Assembly (NCBI GenBank): GCA_976551045.1
Contig: CDPCPM010000164.1
Location: 6,696,001 to 6,760,000, forward strand
Source: Glaucostegus cemiculus
Lineage: Eukaryota
DNA: 64,000 bases
Reading direction: 5' to 3'
The notes below the pieces were generated by a model, which worked only from the letters and a program-made list of their open reading frames with translations, made no database searches and was not told where the DNA came from. A program made the translations under genes and the position numbers. Positions 1 through 13,178 of the stretch are shown piece after piece. Every line of letters starts with the position of its first letter. Within the stretch, counting starts at the first letter, position 1.

Positions 1-482
1 GAAGCTGCAGTACATCTCGGGCAGATCCCTCCCCACCATCGGTAGTATCAACAGGAGGCACTGCCTCAAGAAGGCAACATTCATCATTAAAGATCCCCAC
101 CATCTGGGGCATGCCATCTTCTTGCAGCTACCATTAGTAAGGAGGTACAGGAGCCTGAAACCCAACCACCACGTTCAAGAATGGTAACTTCCCTTCAACC
201 ACTCAGTTCTTAAAACAACCAGCACAACCCTAATCATTAGCAACCCTAATTTAGCAACACTATGGCCACTTTGATCACTTTGCACTAAAATGGACGTTGC
301 TTCTTTTTGTGTTCTTTCTTGTAAAAATTGTGTATAATTTATATTTAATGTATGCATTTCTTGTGAATGCTACTTATATGATGCTCTGTGCCTGTGATGT
401 TGCTGCAAGTAAGTTTTTCATTGCACCTGTGCATGCATGTACTTGTGTATATGACAATAAACTCAACTTTAACTTTGACTTT
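1..482 (+). mobile_element. Rex1/Babar-type LINE 3' fragment (decayed)
   Basis: Encodes CLKKAxxIIKDPHH..RRYRSL-like C-terminus; 3'UTR ends gacaataaactcaactttaactttgactt. Confidence 0.75.
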
Positions 483-2004
483 AGGTACAGCGCAAATTTG
501 GGGAAAGAGAAGAAAGGCAGCAGCTGAATGAAAAGGCAATGGTTCGAGACAGGAAAAAGCTAAGTTAGAGTTATTCACCAGATCACTGAGCAAGTCATGT
601 TCCTCAGCACTGGGACCCTGGTGAAACAATCCAAGTTTGCAGTGTGGATAGGTACTTCAGACACCACAGAAATAAGGCCAGAACTGTCCATGTCAATCAC
701 TGGATTACAGCAGGAGATGTAGTACCAAAGATCCTGAAGTAATGTGTGATGATGAATTTATCCCTGATATCAACATAGAGCTATGTACTAATAAAGGGAG
801 ACAGTATAGCAGAAAGTGAAGCTGAAAGGTCGCAGGCTTTTGAGATCAAGGAACTAATGCAACATCACATTCAAGCACAGAGCTGAGAAAATCAAACCGA
901 CTAAAGAAGTCAGTCAACAGAATGAATCTGTAATGAATGTGTGCAAATGTTTCCAAAGAGGGAAAGCCATGTAGTGCATGTTTATATAATATATGAAGGT
1001 CATATGGTTCTAGAATATAATGACATGATTGTGCGTATATATGAAGTAAGCATCTTGTGTTGGCGTGCCTTGTTGTTCGACTAGAATAGAGTACATATCC
1101 CAAACCCTGAAAGCTACTTCAGGAGGTGTTAAAGGCAGAGATGTTTGACTTGAATTATTCAACACAGTCAAAGAAAATTAAAGTGGTGATAAACAAATAG
1201 TCAGCAATAGATTTTTTTAAAAGCTTCCAAAATGAACATTATTACATTTTACTTAACAAAAATAACCTCAGCAATTCTTAGTTCAATAAAATTACAAAAG
1301 CCTTTAAAAGGGAATCAGGCGCACCTGGTAATCAAAAGATGGACTTGAGAAATAACTATTCCTCAATTGCTGGGGAACAATGAAAATTATTTGCAAAGTT
1401 CCTCAGCGTATTTTAAACAATAAAAGCAAATTATTTCACATAGCAACAGAACCTGTGCTCAAACACAAACCATAGAATGTCAGGGTTTATGGATTTTATG
1501 TGCATTTGCAGTAGTCTCCATCATTTTTAAACAATCTGTGTCGATTCAGTCACAAGGTATTTGAGAGAACAGATAATTGTATTCATCACTGAATGCAGCT
1601 ATACTTATATAGACATATCCTAACAACTGGAATATAGTTTTGTTTCCTGTTATCTCTTGCTTTGTTCCAATAAATAGCAAGCCAGAATGTTTTTTGTGAG
1701 ATGTCTTATTTATTTCTTTTATCCATTTGGACATATTGAATGATTGTTCTGCATTGCAAGCTATTTGCCATTTGTTATTATACAATTGAAAGGGGGGCAT
1801 TATTAACTGGACTAACAACCAGAGTTCCAAACTATTGATTTAGAGTTTATTGAGTTCAAATGGCAGGCAAAGAGTGCGAATTCAGATAATAAAATAAATT
1901 TGGAATTTTAAAAAAACATCTTGATCTAATAATGGTAACCATGAAATGACCAGATTATTACAAAATACTTATGGTCCACTAAGGTCCTTCAGAGAAGGAA
2001 GTCA

Positions 2005-2513
2005 GGCATCAACATCGATTTCTCTATCCTCTAGTAACCCTTCCCTTCAGTTTTTCCCTTTCTTCTTCCCCCCCCTCCACTTCCTACCCCTCTTTGTTTT
2101 CTCTCATTCCTGTTACCCCCTCATCCTTTCTCTTTCCCCTATCCCACCCCTATGACCTGCCCATCACCTCCCTCTTATTCCCCACCTCCTTCCCTTTATT
2201 CCATGGCCTACTGTTCTCTTCTACCAGATTCCTTCTTCTTCAGCCCTTTGCCTCTTCCACCTATCACCTCAGCTTCTTACAACACTCCCTTTCATCCCCC
2301 CCTCCCACCCACCTACCTTCCCCCTCTCACCTGGACTCACCCATCACCTAACTGCATGTGCTGCTCCCCCTCCCCTTACCTTTCTATCCTGGCTTCTGCC
2401 CACTTCCTTTCTAGTCCTGATGAAGGGTCTCAACCCGAAACGTCGGCTGTTTATTTCCCTCCATAGATGCTGCCTGACCTGCTGAGATCCCCCAGCATTT
2501 TGCATGTGTTGCA
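2005..2513 (+). mobile_element. Penelope-like element 3' end/pseudo-LTR with hammerhead motif
   Basis: Starts at an endonuclease ORF-end remnant (GINIDFS), then a polypyrimidine tract, the HHR at 2413-2448 and the conserved gatgctgcctgacctgctgag segment. Confidence 0.8.
2413..2448 (+). ncRNA. Minimal type I hammerhead ribozyme motif (Penelope-type)
   Basis: AGTC-CTGATGA-A-GGG(tctcaa)CCC-GAAA-C-GTC-GGCT: complete core, stem II, stem I with one G-U pair. Confidence 0.8.
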
Positions 2514-2789
2514 ATCAGTTGTCCTTACCTGGTCTGACCTCAGACCCATTAATGTAGCTAGCCCTTAATTTCCTCTATTGATTCAGAGGCCTTTAAGGAT
2601 GGAGATTAAACGCTGCAGTTACTGCCAACATCCATATTGCATAAACATATATGTTTTTATAAACTATTATTCCAAACACGACCACCAAACTATCTTGGTT
2701 TATTTTCTTCCTTTACGATTTGATTCTCTAGAAGTATTTTTAGGTGACACAAAATTTGGCCAAAGGAAAAGAAAGCAAAGGAAAATAAC

Positions 2790-3505
2790 ACTCCCAAGTG
2801 CTTACAATCTTTTGGGGGAACTCAGCAGGTCTAGCAGCATCTATGGGAGGAAAGGAAATGTCGATATTTCGGGTCAAATGCTTGCATCAGGACCTCAATT
2901 CCTTTCATCCCACAGATGCTACTCATGATAGTGTGAACCATTAGGGGGGAGATGAATGGTAGATGGAACCAGATGGGGGAATGGAGGGGGCGCGAGGAGG
3001 TAGCCTGAGGGTGAACTGTGGGTTTAGTCAGTGGGTAGAACCAGGTGGAGGGGTGGGAGAATGCGGTTAAAATGGGTTATTGGGGTCTGAAGGGGGAAGA
3101 GGGACTGGCAGACTTTGTATTCCTGCTTATCACACTCCCAGCTGTCTCCACCTTCACCCTCCACTCCCCTCGCCTCACTCCATCTGCCCCCTTTTTGTTT
3201 CCTCTTGTCTGCCTCCATCTGTCATCTTGATCCCACTCCTCTCCCTCCCCTATCTGGCTCCATCTGCTCATCATCCTTCTCCCCCTCCTTGTTCCACCAA
3301 TCACTTCTAACTCCTGCCTCATCACTCCCCGTTCCCTCTTAATACACACCATCCCCCCTCTCCACTCTCAGTCCTGATGCAGGGTCTTGACCCAAAACAT
3401 TGGCAATTCCTTTCCCCCCACAGAAGTTGCTTAACCCGCTGAGTTCCTCCAGCAGATTGTTTGTTACCCCAGATTCCAGCACCTGCAGTCTTTTGTGCCT
3501 CCACC
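2790..3505. mobile_element. Penelope-like pLTR fragments in inverted arrangement
   Basis: Fold-back unit 2800-2925, G-rich inverted segment, pyrimidine tract and a degenerate HHR (cagtcctgatgcagggtcttgacccaaaac). Confidence 0.7.
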
Positions 3506-4369
3506 TTTTATGTGCCATTTGGGTCAGATCTCAGCACATGCACCCTAAGGAGAAATGGTTGACCTTAGAGGCAGTGTAGATAGACCACACTCCAAGATGA
3601 GAAGAGATTACATGAACAAGTTTTGTGTTCCCTGGATTAAGGTTCAAGAGGAATTCAATGAAACATTCTAAAATATGAAGGTGAATTCATATGGTGGACA
3701 TCGCCATTTCAATTTGCCTTCCAAAACAGTAAGACTGAATTTTTTATTAGTTTTGGAGACTGTAGGCTGGAGTGGCAGAGCCCAATGATTATTGCCATAA
3801 TCCTCAGGAGTGAAGTTAAAGAACACTTGTATATAGAGAGGATAATGGAGGATGGGACTCTCTTTCAAAACTTGAATTGATTTTCAGTCAGTTGTGAAGC
3901 TTGACGTTGATAGATCTTTGCTAACCAGGGGTGTTACAAGGATTTTGGGAAAAGGCAGGAATGTGTTATTAGGTTATTGATCGGGCAAGATCTTGTTGAA
4001 AGACAGAACAGACTCACGGGGTTGAAGTATCTACTCCTCTACCAATATTCCCATGGGCCTGTTTACAGCATGTATAAATAAATCAAAATCAAAAGTATCC
4101 TGTCCATTTTAATGGCAAGCTTGGCTTGTTGATAGCACCCTCAGCTCTGTGTTCATACAATCTCACTCTAGAGGCTTGACCACACACCCTGAGATATTGA
4201 TGCAGTACTGAAGAGACACCACATTGTGGCTGATGCCAACTTTTAACCCGAGACCTCCTTTGCCCTGTTGGGTGAATGTAAAGGATACCATGGCACTTTT
4301 CCAAAGGCAAGTAAGCTCAGGGCTTCACCAATCCCTCAGCTGACACCAGCAACACCAACCCAACAGCTA

Positions 4370-4650
4370 TCCCTTCAACCATTCCATTCTTGAACCAACC
4401 TGCACAACCCTGATCACTATCTCAGCATGGCAACACTATGACCACTTTGCTCTACAACAGATGTTTTTTGTTCTAATTGTGTTCTTTGTTGTATAATTTT
4501 GTATAATTTGTATATTTTATACTTCTCTCATGAACGTTGTCTCTCTAATGCTCTGTGCCTGTGATGCTGCTGCAAGTAAGTTTTTCATTGCACCTGTGTA
4601 TACATGTACATTATTTGTGCATCCAACAATAAACTCGATTATGACTTTGC
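4370..4650 (+). mobile_element. Rex1-type LINE 3'UTR fragment (same family as 1-482)
   Basis: Shares gctctgtgcctgtgatg..gctgcaagtaagtttttcattgcacctgtg with 380-470. Confidence 0.7.
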
Positions 4651-5094
4651 TTGTGGATCTTGCTCTGCACAAATTGCATTATTTGCTTACAACACTGATT
4701 TCACTTTAAAAATTATCCATTGGTCAGAAAGTGATGAGAAGATCCAGCAAAGTACTACAATCAGATTTCCTTAATTAACACAGAATACAAATAGCGCATA
4801 GTTTGTCCAGTGCGTTTCTGAGCTTGATTTGTTCATACTTGCTTTGAGCCATTGATAGCAGGAGATCAGAGAACCGGGGAGAGAAGTGGGTCCGTGGGAA
4901 TCAAGAGGGGGGTAGAAGAGGGAATGGCCAATCGGTAAGGAAGGGAGAAAGATCTGAGGGAGATGAGGTCAAGAAAGTGAGGAGACTGAGGGAGAAAGGG
5001 AAAGGGGTCAATGTCAAGAGGATGATGGGTGGAGGAGCAGAGTGTGTGCAAGGTGATGTGTTCGTGTTCATGAGAAGCGGGGCTCAGAGTACCT

Positions 5095-5225
5095 CGTTAT
5101 TCCTTCTTTTTGCACTATTCATTTATTTTTGTAATTTGTAGTAACTTTATGTTTCTGCACTGTACTGCTGCTGCAAAACAATGTTTCATGTCAGTTAAGT
5201 CAGTGATGATAAATCTGATTCTGGT
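5095..5225 (+). mobile_element. Rex1-type LINE 3'UTR fragment
   Basis: cctcgttattcc..ttgcactatt..gcactgtactgctgctgcaaaacaa..ataaatctgattctg; same family as 21730-22330. Confidence 0.7.
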
Positions 5226-5243
5226 TTGTTTGTACTTCGAGTT

Positions 5244-5314
5244 TATGTGCATGTGTGTGTGCATGCATGTGCATGTGTGTGTGCATGCATGTGCGCATGC
5301 ATGCATGTGCATGC
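5244..5314. repeat. Alternating purine-pyrimidine (TG/TGCA) microsatellite
   Basis: tatgtgcatgtgtgtgtgcatgcatgtgcatg..gcgcatgcatgcatgtgcatgc. Confidence 0.9.
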
Positions 5315-6743
5315 TAAGTATGTGCAATAGAACCATAAGTGTGTGCAATAGAATAAATAAGTACATGGGAATAATAGTAGATTATTTCAACCCCTCAAGT
5401 CTGCTCCTCTATTCAATGGCATCATCCATGACCTACCCACTTTTCTGCATTTACCCTGTATTCCTGAATACCTGAGGTGATCAAAAATCAATCATAGATT
5501 TAAAATTAACAACTATTTAAAACCAATTTTGCAGATAGATCTTTAAATATATGCACACATTCCCAAACTTTATTATGTTAAATGTAATTGCTAAGGTGCA
5601 TGAAATGTTGCCAAAGAAAACATTAGGTTACCTCTGAATTCTTGCAAACTACTGACTGCATCATTGACATTCAATCATTTTCAGTAACCCCACAGCAATC
5701 AATGGTTTGTATTCACTCTCCTTCAAACTTTGGTTTGTGTGGATGAATGACACTTCCTAAGAAGTATAAAAGGGTAGCTCTTTTAGAGCAGCAAGTCTTA
5801 TACATCTCCATGTCGATCTAACACATTACTGCACATCACACTACCATCTATTTTTTAGTGTTATTTTTGCAAATTTGGATGTTATTCCTGATTTTTAAGC
5901 ATGCAGGTGCTTGTGAATGTGTGTGGGGATGGGGGGGGGGCAGGAGAGTGAAGGTGGTAGCAGGTGCTGGAAAGGAATCCTGTGCATTTCATTCTGAGCA
6001 CATTCTTTTAAATGATAAAGGAATGAATTCTTACCTGAAATAACGGTGCGTAAACTGGATGTGAATGCTCCTCCCTTCCTGCATCACTTTCCTGATACAC
6101 AGATACTCAGTTTTTAAATTGCAACATAATTTTATCTGTGTGACTAATCTCAGTTACCTCATACTGAAGATCAATAACGTCATTACTAATTCTCATTCCA
6201 TTGTACAGATGTTTCTTTTTCCAGTAATGTTTAGGCACTCATCTTTGTCTTGGGAATGTCACGTTCCATGGGTGGAAAACTTCGCTGGCTCATGACTCAC
6301 CTGTGAATAAAAAGTCTACCATGACAGTGTGCTTCTGTTCAACAATTCCTTTCAGTTCCTTAGTCCTGCTCAATGTGATATCCTTTCTTCTTAATGTTGC
6401 CTGCTGTCAGCCAATAAAACATATGTGGAGAGGCTAGAGAAATAGAGGTTGTCCTCCTTAAAGCAGAAGCTAAAGGGGTGATTTGAAATGTTAAATTCAC
6501 ATAGGAGTTTGACAGAGAAAATAAGGGCCACAATGGCAGAAGGATTGGTAACTGGATTAAAGGTAAAGGTAACATGAGATGCAGGGTTCTACATAGTGAG
6601 TTATTATGATGTGAAGGTGATGGAGATAAGGATTTTGGAACCAAATTGAAGTGTCAGTTGAAAGTGAGGAAACTAAAGAGCTGTGCGGAGAGAGTCACGA
6701 GAAGGACTGACTGGATCACTTTCTCAAAGAACCACCATAAACT

Positions 6744-7056
6744 GGATAAGGTAAGGTAAGATAAGGTATCCTTACTAGTCACATGTACATCGAAACACAC
6801 AGTGAAATGCATCTTTTTGCATGGAGTGTTCTGGGGGCAACCCAGAAGTGTCGCCACACTTCCGGCACCAACATAGCACGCCCAAAACTTCCTAACCTGT
6901 ATGCCTTTGGAATGTGGGAGAAAACCAGAGCACCCGGAGCAAACCCACGCAGACACAGGAAGAATGTACAAACTCCTTACAGACAGTGGCCGGATGTGAA
7001 CCTGGGTCGTTGGCGCTGTGAAGCATTATGCTAGCCACTACACTACTGTGCCTGCC
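6744..7056 (-). mobile_element. tRNA-derived V-SINE
   Basis: tRNA-like head, V-domain (ggagtttgtacattct..tgcgtgggtttgctccgggtgctc), (CTTAT/CTTAC)n tail. Confidence 0.85.
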
Positions 7057-7057
7057 T

Positions 7058-7370
7058 ACATGGAGAGGATTAGCATCTGAGGGCACAGTCTCAGAATAAC
7101 GGGACATGCCTTTAGAACTGAGGTGAGGAGGAATTTCTTCAGCCAGAGGGCGGTGCATCTGTGGAATTCATTGCCACAGAGGGCTGTGGAGGCCAAGTCA
7201 CTGGGTGAATTTAACACAGAGATTGATAGGTTCTTGACTGGTAAGGGTTTAAGGGTTACGGGGAGAAGGTGGAAGAATGGGGCTGAAAAAAATCAGCCAT
7301 GATTGAATGGCGGAGCAGACACAAAGGGCCAAATGGCCTAATTCTGCTCCTATATCTTATGGTCTTATAA
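7058..7370 (+). mobile_element. CR1-type LINE 3' end
   Basis: RGHSLRI..FRTEVRRNFFSQRAVHLWNSLP C-terminus; 3'UTR ends ctcctatatcttatggtctta. Confidence 0.85.
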
Positions 7371-7710
7371 ACGAAGACACTAGGATGGCTGTCCTTCGGT
7401 GCTGTAAGACAAAATCTGTTTCTATTTATGTGGGAATGGCTGTGACTATTGTCCATCAGGGTATATGACAATATAAAAGGTCACGCGATGTAAAAAATCA
7501 ACAATGTACATCTTTTGTTTCATCACTACAAATCTTTCTGAACCTGTGAGATCATGTGTAATAAGATGAAAGTTATTATCGGCATTGTCTGCAACCTGAT
7601 AAAATTTCTCCATCTTCCTCAACATAGTTTTCACCTATTCTGGACCTTTCAGTACTTTGAAGGTAGCATATATCTGTCACGACCAATCCAGAGTTGTAGC
7701 TCAAATCAGA

Positions 7711-8915
7711 AGCAAGGCAAAGGGAATATATCTAATAGGGTAAGGACAAGACTGCTATGGGGATAAGTTGTAGTGGTTAACTGGGAAGTGGGTTGACAGG
7801 GCTCCTCTTCCCTCCTCTTCTTACTGCACTTTCCCATTCTCCCAAAGGAGATGCCGCACCTGACCTTTTACCTCTTTCCGACCCACCATACAGGGACCTA
7901 AGTGGCCCTTCCAAGTGAAGTGATTTGATTGCACTTCTCCCAGTCTAGCATATTGCTCTTGATGCAACAAATAATCTGCTGGAGGAACTCAATGGGTCAA
8001 GCAGAATCTGTGGGAGGAAAGGGATTGTCAATGTTTCGGGTTGAAACCCTGCATCATAATTCCTTTCCTCCCACAGATGCTGCTCGACCTATTGAGTTCC
8101 TCCAGGAGATTGCTTGCTGCTCCAGATTTCTGCAGTCTCATGTCTGCATTGCTTTTGATGTTCACAATGTGGTCTCCTCTTCATTGGAGAAACCAAACAC
8201 AGATTGGGTGACCACTATATGGAGCCTTATGTTCAGTCCACTGAGGTGATCCTGGGATTCGTGTTGCCTGCCAACATTAATTTTCCATCCCACTTCCACT
8301 CTGACCTATCTGCCTGTGGCCTCCTGCACTGTAATGGGGCCCAGCACAAACCTGAGGAACAACACATCATCTTCCACATGGGTATACTGCAGTTTTCTGA
8401 ATTCAGTATTGACTTCCACAAGTTCAGGTAACTCACTTTCTCTACCTGTATCAGAATGGTCATTTCTACTATAAGTTATCCATCTGTAATGTTGGGTCAG
8501 TTTTACTCTCTCCATCAAACAACCTGATCTGCTGGGCATGTCCAACAGTCCTGCATTTTGAAACATTTTTATTCTCACTCTCTAACTGCCCTCATCTCAT
8601 AGCTTGCATCCAGATTCTTTCTCTTTAACTGCCCCATTAACTCAGTTCCCAGTTAACCACTACAACTTATCCCCATAGCAGTCTTGTCCTCACCCTATTG
8701 GATATGTTCTCTTTGCCCTATCCATCCCTTCTCAGCTTTTCTGCAATTTAAAATGGACTTGTTTTCTCTCCTTCCCAGTTCCGACGTAGGGTCTTCAACT
8801 TGAAATGTTAACTCTGTTTCTCTTTCCACAGATGTTGCCTGACCTGATGAGTGTTTCCAGTATTTTCTGATTTTATTTCAGATACACAAATCTGCATTTT
8901 TTTGAGTTTCACTCT
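7711..8915 (+). mobile_element. Penelope-like element: decayed GIY-YIG endonuclease, pLTR, inverted 5' segment, nested fold-back unit at ~7960-8145
   Basis: CSQCGLLFIGETKHRLGDH..HSDLSACGLLHC..KPEEQHIIFHMG..FR*; degenerate HHR ~8778-8812; 7743-7787 is the reverse complement of 8646-8690. Confidence 0.8.
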
Positions 8916-10032
8916 CTCCCATCAGACTATTCAGTTGTAATAAACCATCATGGCTGAGGATTTCAACTCACGCCCACCTTTTCCTGTTCAATTACTGCAA
9001 TGGACTTTTGATGCACATTAAGTTAAATTTGGTGAAATGTTGGGAGACACCAGTGAGTGGGTGGGAGGGTTTGATTGAGAGGAGGGGTGTAGTGATGGAA
9101 ATTTATTTTTTTCCTGAACTATTAATAAACTCTGAAACAATATTTTACTATTTTCTCCAAGGTAGCACTATATCCCATTATACTCCATTATATAAGTGGG
9201 TTATAAGTCCACATATACTCGATTATACCATTATATAAGTAACACTATACTCCAAAGTAACACTATATATACCATTGTGTTTAAGACACACAAGGCCAGA
9301 ACAATATATGGCATGTTCACACACTTACACACTGATCTCACAATCTACTTTGCAGGAAAAGTCCCTTTTACACCTATTTTCATGACTGCATATAAGAGAT
9401 GATGCAAACCCTGTCAGTAATATTTTTGGAAGAAGAAAACTGATTTATTTAATAGAGCTTTTATTGACTTTATTTTAAGAAACTTAGGACAAAAGGAACA
9501 GAAGCCATGTCATTCACTAATATCATGACTGATCCTCCCACTCATACATTTCTTGGCCAAATGCCATGTTTCTGGATTCCACTAGTAATAAAAATCTATC
9601 AATCGGTGTTCAATATACTTTATTTATTGATTTTTGCTGCTCACTTTTCCCTTACAGTTGCTCAATAATTCACTTTACCATCAGTTGCATGGACCTAAGC
9701 CACTGTCAGCAGTGGGAGGGAGCTGCAGTTCATTGCTCCCTGATAAGAAGATTGGTCTAACGGTCAGGCACCACCTTGTGCTTAATGTTTTGCAAAGAGA
9801 TGTCATTAAAAGTGCAATAACTCCAACAAGAACACTTGAGCAAATGATGCATAGGAAGGTTTGCTTCTGAATAAATTGGCCTTGACAGAGACCATCCAAG
9901 GGATGCAGTTATCTAGAGCACATGAAAGCCAAGGAAATGCCATGTCTTTATCAAGGCAAACCTATGAATTTATTTCCATGCTCCTCTGTTCAACATCTGT
10001 CACTGTGTCAATGCACTAACCTTTAACCCTTG

Positions 10033-10353
10033 TACTCAATGGAGTTCAGAAGGATGAGGGGAGAATCTCATTAAAACCTACCAAATACTGAAAGGCCTGG
10101 ATAGAGTGGACGTGGAGAGGATGTTTCCATTATAGGAGAGTCCAGGATCCAAGGGCACAGCCTCAGAATAAAAAGAGATCACTTTAAAAGTGAGATGAGA
10201 AGGAATTTCTTCAGCCAGAGGCTGGTGAATCTGTGGAATTTATTGCACAGAGGGCAGTGGAGGATAAGTCATTGGGTGTACACAAGGCAGAGATTGATAG
10301 GTTCTCAATTGGTAAGGGGGTTAAGGGTTACGGGGAGAAGGCGGGAGAATGGG
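10033..10353 (+). mobile_element. CR1-type LINE fragment
   Basis: YSMEFRRMRG..KILKGLDRVDVERMFP..MRRNFFSQRLVNLWN. Confidence 0.85.
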
Positions 10354-10354
10354 G

Positions 10355-10522
10355 TCTCTGGTTTCGTCCCACATTCCAAAGACGTAAGGTCTAGGAAGCT
10401 GTGGGCATGCTATGTTGGCACCGGAAGTGTGGCAACACTTGTGGGCTTCCCTCAGAACTCTCTACACAAAAGGTGCATTTCACTGTATGTTTCAATGTAC
10501 ACGTGACTAATAAAGATATCTC
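10355..10522 (+). mobile_element. V-SINE 3' portion (5'-truncated)
   Basis: Matches the body and tail of 20304-20613. Confidence 0.8.
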
Positions 10523-10524
10523 TT

Positions 10525-11010
10525 TTGATTAAGCTAGAGAAGGTGCAGAAAGAATTCAAAAGGATGTTGCCGGGACTGGAAGGCTTGAGTTATAAGGAGA
10601 GGCTGGATAGGCTGGGACTGTTTCCCCGAGAGCAAAGAAGGCTGAGATGTGACCTTACAGAGATTTATAAAGTCATGAGTGGCAGAGCTAAAATGGATTG
10701 TCACTTCTACTTCCCAGCGTAGTTGAGTCTAAAACTAGAGGGCCTGGTTTTAAGGTGAGAGGGCAAAGATTTAAAGGGGATCTGTGAGGCAAGTTTTTCA
10801 CACAGACAGTGGTGGGTAAATGGAACAAGCTGCCAGAGAAAGTGATAGAGGTGGGTACAATCACAACGTTAAAGAGACATTTGGACAGGTACACGGAGAG
10901 GAAAAGAAGGATATGGCCAAGTGCCGGCAAATGGAACTAGTTCAGGAAGACAACTTGTTTGGCACTGGAAGGGTTGGGACAAGGGCCTGTTTCTGTGCTA
11001 TACAACTCTA
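10525..11010 (+). mobile_element. CR1-type LINE 3' end
   Basis: KLEKVQKEFKRMLPGLEGLSYKERLDRLGLF..RRLRCDLTEIYK; tail ctgtgctatacaactcta. Confidence 0.85.
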
Positions 11011-11642
11011 AACGTTAAAGCATCATCTTACCTCTCAGGCGGATGTAAAAGGCCCCAACATGTTATTTCAAAGACGGAAAGAGGTGGTATCCATGGTATC
11101 TTAATCAATATTTATCCATCAACACAAAGTATTGTGGGCTTTTTTGTGGTCTTACTGTGCATCAATTGGGTCTTATATTTCCAGCTTTATAGCAGCGACT
11201 ACATTTTCTGAAGTGCTTCAGTGGTTGTCCCTCAGTACCTGAAAGGTGTGATAACAAGAGGAAATCTCTCCTTTTAATGCATGCCTATTCTAGAGTGGGG
11301 GTGAGGGACAGCTCAACTAATCCTTTTCTTAGAGACAAGCAAAAAGGAGAACTCAATAGTTCAGCTACATGCCAAGGGTAGACAGCAGGAATGGATTTTC
11401 TGCTGCTCACTGAAATAAGCTCTGCAAGATTTACTGGCAAACTCTACCTGATATTACAACATCATTCACTTCTTTTTTTAATCTATTTTAAACACATGAA
11501 ATATGGCCAATTTTTCATTTTTTAATATTTTAATTTATTTGCTTGTTTAGAAAATGCTTAGCTCTCAAAACTTTATTAAAAAATGTTGATGAATGTCATT
11601 TTATTCTGTTCCTCAATTGTAGATTCTTAATATTTGTTTAGC

Positions 11643-12238
11643 ATTTCAGTAATAAATATAAAAAACAATCTTTGAGACTGAAGAATTTTATCTCAATGTT
11701 CCCTCACAGTTATGTAAAATGGACATTAAAGTTATTTTGAGGTAAATTGCTCATGAAATAAAGTAAATATCAATCTTTTGGTGGGCATTTTATTCACGCT
11801 GAACTATGTTTCTGTCCACCCACTGCCTTGGATATAAATAAAAAGAAAAATAAATCATTAACCAGATGATGCAGTACTGGAGTGGTGAAGTTACTGAACA
11901 AACAGCCAGGGTTCCAGCCTAGTGATCTGGATACATGGGTTTGAATACCACTCAATAACTGCTGGATGGTCGTAAAAACCTATTTGACTCACTTATATAC
12001 TTCAGAGGAGGAAATTTGCCCAATTCACATGGTCAGGTCTGTATATGACTCCAGATCCACCAATATATGGCTGACTTTTAACTGCCTCCCCAATTTAAGG
12101 CAGGTAGAGGTGGATAGTAAATGTTGCTGAATTGCCAGTTAACTCCGCATCCTGTGAACAAATCAATGAAAGTAGAAAAGGATGGAAATACACAGCTGGT
12201 CAGTCAGCATCCATGTATGTTGTTTATTAACCTGCTGG
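11643..12238 (+). repeat. Direct repeat copy 1 of a ~600-bp local duplication
   Basis: Collinear with 13179-13776 along its whole length. Confidence 0.9.
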
Positions 12239-12464
12239 GACACTTTGTTGTCCATGGGTGAGTGAGCATAAAAGATCCCACAGCATATTTCAAGGAAAGG
12301 GAGACAATGTTTCGGGTCAAAGACCTTTCATCAGTTCAGAAATATTGACCCTCTTCCTCTTTCCACACATGTTGCCTGACCTGCTGAGTGTTTCCAGATT
12401 CCCAATATCTACAGTTTTTTTTTTTAACTTTTCCTCCACAATAACATGCTCAGCAAGTAGCTGG

Positions 12465-12860
12465 TAATTGGTTTATTATTGTCACATGTATCGAGACAGA
12501 GTGGAAGAACTTTGTTTTGCATGCCATCCATACAGATCATTCCAAAACCTGAGCATATTGAGGTAGTACAAGGGAAAACAATAACAGAATGCAGAATAAA
12601 GTGTTACAGTTGCAGAGAAAGTGCAGTGCAGGCAGACAATAAGGTGCAAGGGCCATGACAAGGTAGAGTGTGAGGTCAAGAGTCCATCTTATCAAACTGG
12701 CAGACCATTCAATAGTCTTACAACAGCTGGATAGAAGCTGTGCCTGAGCCTGGTGGTATGTGTTTTCAAACCTTTGTATCTTCTGCCCGATGGAAGGGGG
12801 AGAAGGGCGAATGACCTGGGTGGGAGGGGTCTTTGATTATGGTGGCTGCTTTCCTGACAG
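12465..12860 (-). mobile_element. Rex1-type LINE 3' end (another family)
   Basis: KAATIIKDPSHPGHSPF; tail ..tctcgatacatgtgacaataataaaccaattacc. Confidence 0.75.
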
Positions 12861-13178
12861 ATTCAATAGAGAGAGTGCTGATGTTCATGATCATGCTTGT
12901 AATCATCGCTTGAAACAGCAGAGCAAAGAATTCCTCTATTGTTGACACACTTTCTCTAATCTACAGTATTTTTGGAAAGCAGAACGATATTGGAATCAGG
13001 CTTTATGTTTTGTGATATTCCTTCTTTCCTTCAGTGGTCAAACATGACATTGCCCAGATAATTGATCACAACCTATCCCTTGCTCCAGTATCTCATTTGG
13101 CATTCCATCCATTCTTGCAGCTCTTTGATGAAGTAGGCTTGTGACTGCCAATCTAAACTCATTAATAAATGGCTTAGA

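Noticed and set aside
9150-9280. Short recurring ccattatataagt / aagtaacactata motifs
   Set aside because: Low-complexity AT-rich slippage with no consistent period.
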